The notes under the pieces were generated by a model that saw only the letters and a list, made by a program, of their open reading frames with translations, ran no database searches and had not been told where the DNA came from. Position numbers and translations under genes: made by a program. 64,000 nt of DNA. Origin: Patescibacteria group bacterium (GTDB taxonomy: Bacteria; Patescibacteriota; Minisyncoccia; Phycocordibacterales; Phycocordibacteraceae). This document shows positions 19,360-30,051 of the stretch, piece after piece. The stretch spans positions 2,677-66,676 of the forward strand of contig JAGWYL010000001.1 of NCBI GenBank assembly GCA_018969385.1, in the 5' to 3' direction. Positions within the stretch are counted from its first letter, which is position 1. The number at the start of each line of letters is the position of its first letter.

Positions 19360-21162
19360 TCAGTCTGCCCGGCGCGCTTTCGCGCGTTCGTTTTCCGAAC
19401 GGTAAATCTTGCGGAGCCGCACGTTCTGCGGCGTTACCTCGAGGTATTCGTCGTCGGACATGGTCTCAAGGCCGCGCTCGATGGAGAGTTCGTACGCCGG
19501 GAAGAGCACGATGGCTTCGTCCATGCCGCTCGAGCGGACGTTGGACTGGTTCTTGCCCTTCGTCGGATTCACCGTCATCTCTTCGCCCTTCGACGTGTTG
19601 CCGATGACCATGCCTTCATAGACTTCGGTGGCGGGCGTGATGTAGAGCACGCCGCGCTCCTGAAGCGTCCAGAGCGAATAGCCGAGCGCCTTCCCGCTCG
19701 CCATGGAAATCATCGAGCCGACCTGCCGCTTCCTGATTTCGCCCGCGTACGGCTCGAAGCCGATGAAGCGCGAAGCGAGGATGCCTTCGCCGCGCGTATC
19801 GATGACGAACTGATTGCGATACCCGAGCAGGCCGCGCGTGGGACCCTTGAGCGTGAGCCGCACCTGGTCCGCGTGCTGCGTGAGGTTCTGCAGGATGAAT
19901 GCGCGCAGTCCGAGCTTCTCGATGATGGCGCCCTGGAATTCGCTCGGAGTATCGATGGTGACCTCTTCGAACGGTTCCATCTTCACGCCGTTCTCCTCGT
20001 GGAAGATGACGTGCGGCTGCGAGACCTGGAGCTCATAGCCTTCGCGGCGCATGTTCTCGAGCAGGACCGCGATATGCAATTCGCCGCGACCGGACACGGC
20101 GAATGCGTCCGCCTGCGAGAAATCCACCTTGAGCCCCACATTCACCTCAAGTTCCTTCTCGAGGCGGTCGCGTATCTGGCGCGAAGTGACGAACTTCCCT
20201 TCGCGCCCGGCGAACGGCGAATTGTTCACGAGAAAGTTGAGGACGATGGTCGGCTCGTCGACGGCGATGGCGGGCAGGGGCGCCGCCTGCTCGTCCGTCG
20301 TCACCGTCTCGCCGATGAAGATTTCCGGCAAGCCCGCGATGAGCGCGATGTCGCCCGCCGATGCCGCGTCCGTCTCCACGCGCGTAAGCCCCTTGAAGGT
20401 GAACACCTTGGTGGTGCGTCCGGTGCGCGTCGTGCCGTCCGGCTTCTTGATGAAGACGTTCTGGTTCGGCCGCACCGTCCCTTCGTACAGGCGCCCCACG
20501 GCAAGACGGCCCATGAAGTTGTCATAGGCGAGATTGAACGGCTGCAGCATGAGCGCGCCGAGGGCGTCGTGCCCCTCGTTCGCTGGCTCGACCTTCTCGA
20601 GGATCATGTCGAGCAGGGGCGAAAGGTCGCGCGATTCCCCGCCCTGGCTCGGCATGTCGGCAAGCGTCCGCGCCGCCACGCCGTCCCGTCCCACGGCGTA
20701 CACCACCGGGAAGTCGGACTGCTCGTCCGACGCGCCGAGCTCGAGGAAGAGCTCGAGCACCTGTTCATGACAGCGGTCCGCGTCCGCGGCCGGCTTGTCT
20801 ATCTTGTTGATGACGACGATGGGCTTGAAGCCGAGTTCGAGCGACTTCTTGAGCACGAACCGCGTCTGCGGCATCGGACCCTCGGCGGCGTCCACGATGA
20901 GGAGCACGTCGTCGATGGAGCGCAGGACGCGCTCCACTTCCGAGCCGAAATCCGCGTGACCCGGCGTGTCCACGATATTTATCTTCGTGCCCTTGTATTC
21001 CACCGACGCGTTTTTCGCGTATATGGTGATGCCGCGCTCCTGTTCGAGCTTGTTCGAATCCATGGACGCAGCCTCCACGCCGCACTGCTTCAGTATGGCG
21101 TCGGTAAGCGTCGTCTTTCCGTGGTCGACGTGGGCGATGATGGCTATGTTCCTGATTTCCAT
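19360..21162 (-). CDS. typA: Translational GTPase TypA/BipA
   Basis: [37 protein letters not shown]. Confidence 0.96.
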   Translation of the reverse strand: MEIRNIAIIAHVDHGKTTLTDAILKQCGVEAASMDSNKLEQERGITIYAKNASVEYKGTKINIVDTPGHADFGSEVERVLRSIDDVLLIVDAAEGPMPQTRFVLKKSLELGFKPIVVINKIDKPAADADRCHEQVLELFLELGASDEQSDFPVVYAVGRDGVAARTLADMPSQGGESRDLSPLLDMILEKVEPANEGHDALGALMLQPFNLAYDNFMGRLAVGRLYEGTVRPNQNVFIKKPDGTTRTGRTTKVFTFKGLTRVETDAASAGDIALIAGLPEIFIGETVTTDEQAAPLPAIAVDEPTIVLNFLVNNSPFAGREGKFVTSRQIRDRLEKELEVNVGLKVDFSQADAFAVSGRGELHIAVLLENMRREGYELQVSQPHVIFHEENGVKMEPFEEVTIDTPSEFQGAIIEKLGLRAFILQNLTQHADQVRLTLKGPTRGLLGYRNQFVIDTRGEGILASRFIGFEPYAGEIRKRQVGSMISMASGKALGYSLWTLQERGVLYITPATEVYEGMVIGNTSKGEEMTVNPTKGKNQSNVRSSGMDEAIVLFPAYELSIERGLETMSDDEYLEVTPQNVRLRKIYRSENERAKARRAD

Positions 21163-21258
21163 AAAATAAAATGGCCGCACGGCCGTCGTCGCTACTATAC
21201 GATATAAGCGAGCATAACGCCAGGTCGGCGCGGCTATGAAAGCGCGCGCGCCGCGCAC

Positions 21259-23037
21259 TCACGCGCCGTCTCCCGTGATGAATCCGCCCGCCTGGATTTC
21301 CCACAATTTCTTATAGAGGCCGCCTTCATGGCGGAGAAGCTCGTCGTGCGTGCCGCTCGTCACCACCTTCCCGCCTTCGATGACGATGATGCGGTCCATG
21401 CGCATCACGGTTGAGAGCCGGTGCGCGATGGCGATGACCGTCTTTCCTTCCATGAGCCGCGTGAGCGCGTCCTGGATGAGCGCTTCGGACTCCGAATCGA
21501 GGGAGGAGGTCGCCTCGTCGAGGACGAGTATGGGCGCGTCCTTGAGGATGGCGCGGGCGATGGCGATGCGCTGGCGCTCGCCGCCGGAGAGCTTTATGCC
21601 GCGCTCGCCGACGTACGTCTCGTATCCGTACGGCGTGTTCGCGATGAACTCTTCGCAGTGCGCTTGTTTCGCCGCACCCCTCACCTCCTCGTCGGTGGCG
21701 TCGCGCCGTCCGTAGCGGATGTTTTCCATGAGCGTCCGATGGAAAAGGATAGGCTCCTGCGGGACGAGCGCCATGTTCCAGCGCAGGCTCTCCTGCGTGA
21801 CGGAAGCTATGTTCTGTCCGTCTATGAAGATGCCGCCCGCCGTGACGTCATGGAAACGGAACAGGAGTTTGGTGATGGTGGTCTTTCCCGCGCCGGAAGG
21901 ACCCACGAGCGCGACTTTCTCCTTCCCCTTGATGGAGAGGTTGAAGTCCTTGAGCACGCTGCGCGTCTCGCTGAAATTGAAATCGACGCTCTTGAATTCG
22001 ATGCCGCCCTGCGCGACCGCAAGCGTTCCCGCATGCAGCCGGTCCTGTATCTCGTGCGGGAGGTCGAGGATGTCTACCATCTCCGTCGAGTCCGCGAACG
22101 CTTCATAGAGCCTGCGGATGATGTTGCCGAAATTCCACAGCTGCTCGATGGCCGCGATGAGGTACGCCTGGATGAGCGCGAAGTCGCCGATGGTGAGCGC
22201 GCCGTCCCTCCAGAGGACGATACCGGCGTACATGAGCACGAACTCGATGCCTATCATCAGCACGGACTGCACCGCGTCCACGTAAGAGCCGAACAGCCAG
22301 CTCTTGTAGCGCAGGTTCGAGAGCGCCTCGGACACCGCGGCGTAGAGTCCGCGCTCATGCGCTTCCCCGGTGAATATCTTGACCGTCATGTCGTTCGCGA
22401 GCGAGTCGGAGAGGACGCCGGTCGCTTCGGAATCCTTTTCCGAAGAGAGGAGATTGTTCCGGAAGTTTATGCGCGCGATGGCGAGCTGGAGCCCCAGCAC
22501 GAGGAAGGTCCAGATGAGGAAGATGACGCCGAGCCACGCGTTACGCAAGAAGAGCACGACGATGATGCCGAGCAGCGTGACGACGAGCGGGATGATATCG
22601 AAGAGGAAGCGATCGAGGACGTCTTCATAGGAACGGGAAAGCCGGTTCAGACGCCGCACCAGGGAGCCCGTGAAGCTGTTCGCGAAGAAGGAGTAGGAGT
22701 GGTCGATGAGGTAGGAGAAGCACGTCTGCGCGAGGTCGCGCATGACGCGCGGCTCGAGCCATATCGTCGCGAACGTGTTCACGCGGCGCGAAAGCATGCG
22801 CGAGAGGAGCAGCAGGAAGATGACCACCAGGACGGAAACGAGCGCGGATGCAGCGGCGGGTCCCGGGACGGAAGTGGCTACGAGGTCGAAGAAGCGCTTG
22901 TAGTAGAGCGGAACGATGACGTCGATGACTTTCGCGAGCACCGCGAACGACACCGCCAAGAGCGCGGCGACAGGATAACGGGCCGTATGCTTCGAATACA
23001 CGCGAAGCACCGGCAGAACCGATACTTTCCTCGCCAT
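21259..23037 (-). CDS. ABC exporter, fused permease/ATPase
   Basis: Six-TM domain plus GPSGAGKT, LSGGERQR, LDEATSSLD. Confidence 0.93.
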   Translation of the reverse strand: MARKVSVLPVLRVYSKHTARYPVAALLAVSFAVLAKVIDVIVPLYYKRFFDLVATSVPGPAAASALVSVLVVIFLLLLSRMLSRRVNTFATIWLEPRVMRDLAQTCFSYLIDHSYSFFANSFTGSLVRRLNRLSRSYEDVLDRFLFDIIPLVVTLLGIIVVLFLRNAWLGVIFLIWTFLVLGLQLAIARINFRNNLLSSEKDSEATGVLSDSLANDMTVKIFTGEAHERGLYAAVSEALSNLRYKSWLFGSYVDAVQSVLMIGIEFVLMYAGIVLWRDGALTIGDFALIQAYLIAAIEQLWNFGNIIRRLYEAFADSTEMVDILDLPHEIQDRLHAGTLAVAQGGIEFKSVDFNFSETRSVLKDFNLSIKGKEKVALVGPSGAGKTTITKLLFRFHDVTAGGIFIDGQNIASVTQESLRWNMALVPQEPILFHRTLMENIRYGRRDATDEEVRGAAKQAHCEEFIANTPYGYETYVGERGIKLSGGERQRIAIARAILKDAPILVLDEATSSLDSESEALIQDALTRLMEGKTVIAIAHRLSTVMRMDRIIVIEGGKVVTSGTHDELLRHEGGLYKKLWEIQAGGFITGDGA

Positions 23038-23061
23038 CGCTCCAATCTAGCACACCCGCGC

Positions 23062-23184
23062 ACTCGGTTTCGCATTGCGCGCTCCCTCGCTCGAAGCTTC
23101 GGGAACACTCGCGGACTGAAACGAGGAGCGCGCGTGACCGCGGCCATCCACGTACGCGAAGTTACGCGAAACCGAGCGTTCTAG
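23062..23184. repeat. Structured intergenic element with nested inverted repeats
   Basis: CTCGGTTTCGC ... GCGAAACCGAG outer stem, inner CGCGCTCC ... GGAGCGCG, ending GTTCTAG. Confidence 0.5.
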
Positions 23185-23196
23185 CATGCCCGCGCG

Positions 23197-24198
23197 CTAC
23201 TTCAGGTAGCGCCTGATGTACGCGAGATGCTCGGCGTAGGTCGCCGCGCAATGCATGACGCCTCTGTTGTCGTGGAGATAGTAGAGGCAGGTGGTGGTCG
23301 CGGGTTCGAGCGCGGCCTTGATGGCGGCGAGATCCGGATTCGCTATCGGCGCGGGCGGCAGGCCCGCATGGAGGTACGTGTTGTACGGCGAAGCGGCCTT
23401 GAGGTCGGCGGGCTTCACTGTGGGCCACCAGCCGTTTCCCTCGTTCCCCACCGCGTATTGCACCGTGGCGTCCACCTGCAGCCGCATGCCTGCGTCGAGC
23501 CTGTTCCAGAGGATGCCTGCAATGGTCGGGAAATCTTGCATCTGACCCTCACGCTCAAGGAGCGACGCCATCGTAAGTACTGCGGTCCACTTTTCGCCTT
23601 TCGCCGCGGCTTCCGCTTCGTATGGCGCGAACACCTGGGAGGAATGCGCCACGATGCGCTTCGTCACATCGGCCGGCGTGCCGCTACGCGGCAAAAGGTA
23701 CGTGTCTGGATAGTACACGCCTTCGCGGTCCTCGGCGGGAGATGCGGTGTCCACCGTGAGCCACTCCGTCTTCTGCGCGTCGGTCCACCCGAGCGCCTGC
23801 GCGAGGACATCCGCCACCTGCTCCTTCCGATATCCTTCGGGAATCGTCACCCAGATGGACGAGGGCGCTTCCTTGAGGGTGCTCGCGATGCCGAACACGT
23901 TCGTCCCGTGCGAAAGCGTGTAGCCGCCCGGCGCGATATCGCTTCCGCCGACCAGTGAGAACGCCAAGCGGAACTCCCACGTGCTCGATACGAAGCCGCG
24001 GTTCACAAGCGACATAGCCACCTCGTCGAAGGTGCTGCCCGCAGGCACTGCGAACGTCTCTTCGATGCCGGGAACGCCGGCAGGCGCGTAGAACGCCTGA
24101 TACATGAAGACGCTGACAAAAAGCATGAATGCCGCGAGCACGGCACCGCCGAGCATCCAGCCGGTCCTGCGCCACTCGCGCTCTTCAAGCGGACTCAT
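23197..24198 (-). CDS. mltG: Endolytic transglycosylase MltG
   Basis: N-terminal TM, TIPEG, EGVYYPDTY, ASLLERE, LQVDAT, SPYNTY..GLPP.PIANP. Confidence 0.93.
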   Translation of the reverse strand: MSPLEEREWRRTGWMLGGAVLAAFMLFVSVFMYQAFYAPAGVPGIEETFAVPAGSTFDEVAMSLVNRGFVSSTWEFRLAFSLVGGSDIAPGGYTLSHGTNVFGIASTLKEAPSSIWVTIPEGYRKEQVADVLAQALGWTDAQKTEWLTVDTASPAEDREGVYYPDTYLLPRSGTPADVTKRIVAHSSQVFAPYEAEAAAKGEKWTAVLTMASLLEREGQMQDFPTIAGILWNRLDAGMRLQVDATVQYAVGNEGNGWWPTVKPADLKAASPYNTYLHAGLPPAPIANPDLAAIKAALEPATTTCLYYLHDNRGVMHCAATYAEHLAYIRRYLK

Positions 24199-24237
24199 CG
24201 CCTTCATTGTACACGCATGAAGCGGAGATTCGCGACC

Positions 24238-24705
24238 CTACCCACCCGCGTACTCGACACGGAAGGTGAAACGGTATGCGTCCGCAGGAATCTCCTTTCC
24301 GGTCTCACGCACGGGAGCGACGCCGGTGAGGGTCACGATGCGCCCGGCAATCGTCTCCGGCGTCCAGGACGTGAAGACGTAGGCGGCGCCGTTCGCATCC
24401 GCTCCGACGCGCGTCTCGACGCGCACGAAACCCGGAGCGATGCAGGTACCGCCAAGCGGGCAGCGCGTGTCGGAAACGAGCGCGAGCGGCGTGAGCGAAA
24501 GTCCGAGCGCGGTCGCGCCCTCGCCGATGCTTGTCTCGATGAGCGCCGGACTGCCTGAAGCAGGTATCGCAGCGACCGCGGACGCCCCCTGACTTGCCGG
24601 AGCGGCCGCGCCATAGCCCGGAACCACCGCATAGGTGTGCACGTACACGTAGAGCCCGGCAAGGGCCACAAGAGCGGTGAGCGCTAGGACGATGAATCTT
24701 GCCAT
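24238..24705 (-). CDS. Hypothetical exported protein
   Basis: N-terminal TM, DTRCP..GTCI..G motif, beta-rich C-terminus. Confidence 0.65.
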   Translation of the reverse strand: MARFIVLALTALVALAGLYVYVHTYAVVPGYGAAAPASQGASAVAAIPASGSPALIETSIGEGATALGLSLTPLALVSDTRCPLGGTCIAPGFVRVETRVGADANGAAYVFTSWTPETIAGRIVTLTGVAPVRETGKEIPADAYRFTFRVEYAGG

Positions 24706-24796
24706 CAGGGTAGAAAAATGAAAATCGGACGCGGCAGGCGTTCGATATCCAATGCAGCCAGTATAACCGCCCAGGGGCGAAAGATGGTGTGAATAA

Positions 24797-24835
24797 CAAA
24801 AAAGGGAGGGCCGCCGAAGCGAATCCCTCCCCTTG
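24797..24835 (-). terminator. Intrinsic terminator
   Basis: Minus strand GGGAGGG...CCCTCCC followed by a T run, about 20 nt after the stop at 24857. Confidence 0.7.
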
Positions 24836-24856
24836 TGACCTGCCGCACGCGGCAGG

Positions 24857-26341
24857 TCAGTTAAACGCATACCGGAGGCCGATGCTCAGTGCGGCGTCCG
24901 GCCTGCGGTCGCGCGCCCGAACGATGGGCGCGAACATCTTCGCGGCAATGACGCCGGAAAGATGCTGCGCTATCGGCACGGAAAGCGAGACGTCACCGCG
25001 AAGCGACCATCCCTCTTCCTGGTGGAACGGGCCGCCCGCTTCGAGCGCGGAGACTGCGGTATCGAGCGTGATGCCCGAACCGAGCGCCCACGGATGGGCG
25101 AGACCGGCCTGAAGCACATGGCCGCTCTTCCTTGCGTCCGCCGTGTGCGCGTCATACTCGCCGCGCACGAAAAGACGGAAGCCATGCCCGATGCCGGTTT
25201 CGAACCCGACGTGCGGCGCGATGAAGTCGCCGCCGCGCGACGAGCCGAGCGGACGGATGTCGTAGATGCTCGTGCCGAACGTCCACGCCCGCCCGAGCCC
25301 GATACGCGTGCCGGAAACGGCGACGTCATAGTCGTTCTCGTCCGTCTTATAGCCCGAGAACTGACGCGTGCCGCCCCACGTGAACGACACGCCGCCTTGG
25401 AACGCCGCGCGGACGCTCCAGGTCGCGGTAGCGCCGTCATGCAGGAGCGTGCCGTTACTGTTTAACTTCGCCGAGAACACATCCGCCGCGAAAGAAAGCT
25501 TCGGCAGCGGAATCCCGTCGAGGACGATGGTATTCGCGGCGCCGCCTCCCGCATCCTCGTGCCCGTGAGCGCCGCTTGCCGTCTTGGCCAAAGCCGTCAT
25601 CGGCACGAAGGACAGGATGAACGACACGAGCATCCCGATGCGGCGCTTCGCGCGTCTCGTCTGGTCGACGACGAACTCCGCCGGATAGCCGAAGATGGCT
25701 ATCGGCCAGAGGAACGCGGCAATGATGACGAGCTCGCCCTCAAGCCACACCCGCCGGCCCGCATACGTGAGAGCTGCCGGGAAGTAGAGGAGGAGCGCGA
25801 CGAACGTCGACGCGAGATACGAGATGAAAAGCCACCGGAGCGAGTCCGTGAAGTCTCCCACATTGTATCCGTCCCGCGCTTTCACGAGCGCCGAGTACGC
25901 GTCGCGCGCTCGGATCCACTCAGCCGTGCTGCTCGCGTCGATGTAACGCTTCTGCAGCGTGATGAGCGGCGCGCCCGTCTCGATGTCCATGGCCTCGAGC
26001 ATATGCCCGTCGACCATCGCATCGCGGCCGTGCGCGAGCACGTAACCGCTCGCGAGCTGCCGCAGCTTGAGCACGTCATCGGCGATGCGGAAATATCCCG
26101 CCGCGGAGCCGACCGGAGCTTTGAACTCCTTCTCGACCTTCGCGAGCAGCGCGGATATCTCCGCCTTGGTCGCAGGCGCTTGCGCCTGCGGACGAGGGCC
26201 GATGTGCGTTATCGGCGTGTGCCAGACGGCCCAGAACACGGGCGCGAAGCAGAGGACCATCAGGGCGAGTGCCCATCCGGCGATTCGTCCGCGATACAGC
26301 CATTGCATGTCATCGCGAACCGTTCCATACCTGTTATGCAT
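24857..26341 (-). CDS. Membrane protein fused to a C-terminal porin-like beta-barrel domain
   Basis: SD GGAGG; N-terminal TMs; internal RRAKRR-hydrophobic-ALA signal; alternating amphipathic strands ending LSIGLRYAFN. Confidence 0.7.
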   Translation of the reverse strand: MHNRYGTVRDDMQWLYRGRIAGWALALMVLCFAPVFWAVWHTPITHIGPRPQAQAPATKAEISALLAKVEKEFKAPVGSAAGYFRIADDVLKLRQLASGYVLAHGRDAMVDGHMLEAMDIETGAPLITLQKRYIDASSTAEWIRARDAYSALVKARDGYNVGDFTDSLRWLFISYLASTFVALLLYFPAALTYAGRRVWLEGELVIIAAFLWPIAIFGYPAEFVVDQTRRAKRRIGMLVSFILSFVPMTALAKTASGAHGHEDAGGGAANTIVLDGIPLPKLSFAADVFSAKLNSNGTLLHDGATATWSVRAAFQGGVSFTWGGTRQFSGYKTDENDYDVAVSGTRIGLGRAWTFGTSIYDIRPLGSSRGGDFIAPHVGFETGIGHGFRLFVRGEYDAHTADARKSGHVLQAGLAHPWALGSGITLDTAVSALEAGGPFHQEEGWSLRGDVSLSVPIAQHLSGVIAAKMFAPIVRARDRRPDAALSIGLRYAFN

Positions 26342-26412
26342 GAGCGGCCTCCTAGCCGTTTCGTTTGTCCGGGCTTACACCCGGAATTAGAATAGCACTA
26401 AAATTGTGTTAG

Positions 26413-26817
26413 TCAAACGCGCTCCCAGGGAAATTCGGGAATCGCATCCACCGTCTTCAGGTAGTGGTCAGGAACGTGCTTCGCTCCGGCGCGCGCATAG
26501 AGGCAGGCGGTCGTCACGCTTGCGCCTCGGTCTTCGAGATAGTACTCGGCGGCGGCGAGGCTCTTTCCGCTCTCGACGGCATCTTCGACGAGGAGCACTG
26601 ACTTCCCTTCGAGATTGGCGGTTATGTCCGTGGTGAGGGCGCGTCCGTCTCCGTCCTTTACGACCGTGAGGCAGTACAGTTCCGCGACGCCAAGGAGCGT
26701 CGCGAGGAGCCTCGCGGGAACGAGTCCTCCGCGTACGATGGCGACGATCGCGTCCGGACGCTCCGTGAGCTTCCCGGAGAGTTCCCGCACTTCCGCATCC
26801 AGTTCGTGCCAGTTCAT
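26413..26817 (-). CDS. Purine phosphoribosyltransferase (Gpt/Hpt-like)
   Basis: IVRGGLVPA, LLVEDAVESGKS, FPWE. Confidence 0.88.
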   Translation of the reverse strand: MNWHELDAEVRELSGKLTERPDAIVAIVRGGLVPARLLATLLGVAELYCLTVVKDGDGRALTTDITANLEGKSVLLVEDAVESGKSLAAAEYYLEDRGASVTTACLYARAGAKHVPDHYLKTVDAIPEFPWERV

Positions 26818-26832
26818 GCGCACACTATACCA

Positions 26833-29800
26833 CTACCCTTGCGCCAGATACTCGTTCCACGGCTTCGCCTTGAGGCCGCCGTCCTGGATTTCCGCAAGCG
26901 CGGTGACGAACGCCTCCGCGAGCTGGCGGTTCGTGAGGAGCGGGATGCCGTTGTCGACGGCGCGCCTGCGTATCATGTATCCGTCATGGAGCTTCCGGAG
27001 CGCGGGGTCCGCATGATTCTTGCGCGCGAGCGTCCGCGCGGGAATGTTGATGATGAGGTCGACGACATCCGAATCGAGAAGCGTGAGCACGTTCGGCAGC
27101 TTGCCCGTGTGTATCTTATGCACGGTTGTCGCACGGATGCCGTTCTCAAGCAGGAACTTCGTCGTCCCGTCCGTCCCGTACAGCTTGAAGCCGAGTTCCG
27201 CGAGCGTGCGCAGGGAGGGCAGGAGCTTCACTTTGTTCTCTTCCCCGCCGAGCGCGACGAACACGTTCTTCTTCGGCAGGCGGAATCCGGCGGAGAGCAT
27301 GGATTTGAGGAGCGCCTCATGGTACGAGTCGCCGAACGCGGCGACTTCGCCGGTGGAAGCCATCTCCACGTAGAGGAGCGGGTCCGCGCCCTTGATGCGG
27401 CTGTAGGAGAACTGCGGCGACTTCACGGCGACGTAGTCGAGGTCGAGCGTGCGATACTCCCCCGAAACGTCCCCGCCGAGCATCGCCTTCACGGCAAGCT
27501 CGATGAAATTATGGCCGGTGACTTTGGAGACGAACGGGAACGAGCGCGACGCGCGCACGTTGCATTCGATGACCTGGATATTGTTGTCCTTCGCGAGGAA
27601 CTGGATATTGAACGGGCCCGTTATCGAAAGCTCGCGCACGATGGCCTTCGCGATGCGCTTCGCGCGCCGGACCGTCTCAAGGTACGTGCGCTGGGGCGGC
27701 AGGACGACGGTGGCGTCGCCCGAATGCGTCCCGGCGTTCTCCACATGCTCGCTCATCGCGTAGATGACGAGCTTCCCGCCTTTCGCGACGCCGTCAATCT
27801 CTATCTCGCGCGCGTTCTCGATGAATTTCGACATGACGATGGGGTGGTCGCTCGAGACGTTGACCGCGCGCTCGAGGAATTTCATGAGCGCAGGCTCGTC
27901 GAACGCCACCGCCATGGCCGCGCCGGAAAGGACGTACGAAGGGCGGACGAGCACCGGATACCCGAGCCGCTTCGCGGCCTTCGCCGCGTCCTTGCGCGTC
28001 GTGAGCTCCGCCCACGCGGGCTGGTCGACGCCGAGCTTGTCGAGGAGCGCGGAAAAGACGTGGCGGTCTTCGGCGCGGTCGATGTCTTCGGGCGAGGTGC
28101 CGAGCACGTTCACCTTCCGCGCGTGCAGCTTGAGCGCGAGGTTGTTCGGTATCTGTCCGCCGGTGGACACCACGACGCCCGCCGCCTGTTCGAACTCGAC
28201 GATGTCGAGCACGCGCTCGAGCGAGAGCTCCTCGAAGTAGAGCCGGTCGGGAAGGTCGTAGTCCGTGGAAACCGTCTCCGGATTGTAGTTCACCATCACG
28301 GTTTCGCGGCCCGCCGCCTTAAGCGTCCGCAGCGCCTGCACGCCCGCCCAGTCGAATTCCACGGAGGAGCCGATGCAGTACGGTCCGCTTCCGAGCACGA
28401 CGGTCCCCTTCTGCTTCGCCTTGATGTCGTGCTCCGTGCCGTTGTACGTCACGTACAGATAGTTCGTCTTCGCGGGAAATTCTCCGGCGAGCGTATCTAT
28501 CTGCTTCACCACGGGAAGGATGCCTGCCTTCCGGCGCGCCTCGCGCACCGCATCCTCGGACGCGCCCGTGAGTACGCCTATCTGCGCGTCGGAGAACCCG
28601 GCGCGCTTCGCGCGCCGGACGAGCGCCGCCGGCGGTTTCTTCCCTTTCGAGAACGCGCGTTCGATGCGCACGATGTTCTCGAGACGGGAGAGGAACCAGC
28701 GGTCGATGCCGGAAAGCTCGTGAATCTTTTCGGCGGACACGCCCGCATGGAGCGCTTCCGCGAGCGCGAACACGCGCGTCGTCGTCGCCTCGCGTATCTC
28801 GGAAAGATAGTCGGGAATCTTGAAATTGCCGCTTCGGTGCGCGACGAATCCGTCCGCCCCGACCGCGAGCATGCGGAGCCCCTTCTGGAACGCTTCTTCG
28901 AACGAACGCCCGACGGCCATGACTTCGCCGACGCTCTTCATCTCCGTGCCTATCCGGTTCGTCGCGTTCTCGAACTTGGTCAGGTCCCAGCGCGGCATCT
29001 TGATTACGAGGTAGTCGAGCGCGGGCTCGAAACACGCCGTCGTCGTCTTCGTGACCGCGTTCGCGAGCTCCGGAAGCGTCGCGCCGAGCGCGAGCTTCGC
29101 GGCGACGAAGGCGAGCGGATAGCCCGTGGCCTTCGACGCAAGCGCGGAGGAGCGCGAGAGCCGCGCGTTCACCTCGATGACGCGGTACGCTCCCGTCTCC
29201 GGATTGAGCGCGTATTGGATATTGCATTCCCCGACGACGCCCAAGTGCCGTATGGTGCGGATGGCTATCTCGCGGAGCCGGTGGTACTCCTCGTTCGTGA
29301 GCGTCTGCGACGGCGCGACGACGATGCTCTCTCCCGTATGGATGCCCATCGGGTCCAAGTTCTCCATGTTGCAGACCGTGATGCAGTTATCCGCGCGGTC
29401 GCGCACGACCTCGTATTCGACCTCCTTCCATCCGCCGAGATACTCTTCGACGAGCACCTGCGGCACCGTGTGGAATACCTCGGACAGCTTTTCCGTGAGT
29501 TCCGCTTCCGTCCGCACGACTCCGGAACCTTCGCCGCCGAGCGCGAACGCCGAGCGCACCATGACCGGATACCCGAGCTTCGCCGCGGCTTTCGCCGCGG
29601 CGCGCACGTTCGTCACCGCGACGCTTCGCGCCGTTTCCACTCCTACCTCCGCGAGCCGCTTCACGAACAGGTCGCGGTCTTCCGTATCGCGGATGGTCGC
29701 AACCGGCGTGCCGAGCACGCGCACGCCGTATTTCTTCAGGACGCCCGTATCAAAAAGTTCAAGCCCGAGATTCAGTCCCGTCTGTCCGCCGAAGCCGAGC

Positions 29801-30051
29801 AGTATGCCGTCCGGTTTTTCTTTCGCGATGACCTCCGTCGCGAATTGAAGCGTAAGCGGCAGGAAGTAGACGGCGTCCGCGAATCCCCGGTCCGTCTGCA
29901 CCGTGGCGATGTTCGGGTTCATGAGCACGACGCGGACGCCTTCCTCCTGAAGCGCCTTGATGGCTTGCGAACCCGAGTAATCGAATTCGCCGGCCTGGCC
30001 TATCTTCAGGCCTCCCGAACCGAGTATGAGTACTTTGCGAGGCTTTTTCAT
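26833..30051 (-). CDS. carB: Carbamoyl-phosphate synthase large subunit
   Basis: GSGGLKIGQAGEFDYSG, two ATP-grasp repeats, C-terminal MGS domain; ATGA overlap with carA. Confidence 0.97.
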   Translation of the reverse strand: MKKPRKVLILGSGGLKIGQAGEFDYSGSQAIKALQEEGVRVVLMNPNIATVQTDRGFADAVYFLPLTLQFATEVIAKEKPDGILLGFGGQTGLNLGLELFDTGVLKKYGVRVLGTPVATIRDTEDRDLFVKRLAEVGVETARSVAVTNVRAAAKAAAKLGYPVMVRSAFALGGEGSGVVRTEAELTEKLSEVFHTVPQVLVEEYLGGWKEVEYEVVRDRADNCITVCNMENLDPMGIHTGESIVVAPSQTLTNEEYHRLREIAIRTIRHLGVVGECNIQYALNPETGAYRVIEVNARLSRSSALASKATGYPLAFVAAKLALGATLPELANAVTKTTTACFEPALDYLVIKMPRWDLTKFENATNRIGTEMKSVGEVMAVGRSFEEAFQKGLRMLAVGADGFVAHRSGNFKIPDYLSEIREATTTRVFALAEALHAGVSAEKIHELSGIDRWFLSRLENIVRIERAFSKGKKPPAALVRRAKRAGFSDAQIGVLTGASEDAVREARRKAGILPVVKQIDTLAGEFPAKTNYLYVTYNGTEHDIKAKQKGTVVLGSGPYCIGSSVEFDWAGVQALRTLKAAGRETVMVNYNPETVSTDYDLPDRLYFEELSLERVLDIVEFEQAAGVVVSTGGQIPNNLALKLHARKVNVLGTSPEDIDRAEDRHVFSALLDKLGVDQPAWAELTTRKDAAKAAKRLGYPVLVRPSYVLSGAAMAVAFDEPALMKFLERAVNVSSDHPIVMSKFIENAREIEIDGVAKGGKLVIYAMSEHVENAGTHSGDATVVLPPQRTYLETVRRAKRIAKAIVRELSITGPFNIQFLAKDNNIQVIECNVRASRSFPFVSKVTGHNFIELAVKAMLGGDVSGEYRTLDLDYVAVKSPQFSYSRIKGADPLLYVEMASTGEVAAFGDSYHEALLKSMLSAGFRLPKKNVFVALGGEENKVKLLPSLRTLAELGFKLYGTDGTTKFLLENGIRATTVHKIHTGKLPNVLTLLDSDVVDLIINIPARTLARKNHADPALRKLHDGYMIRRRAVDNGIPLLTNRQLAEAFVTALAEIQDGGLKAKPWNEYLAQG

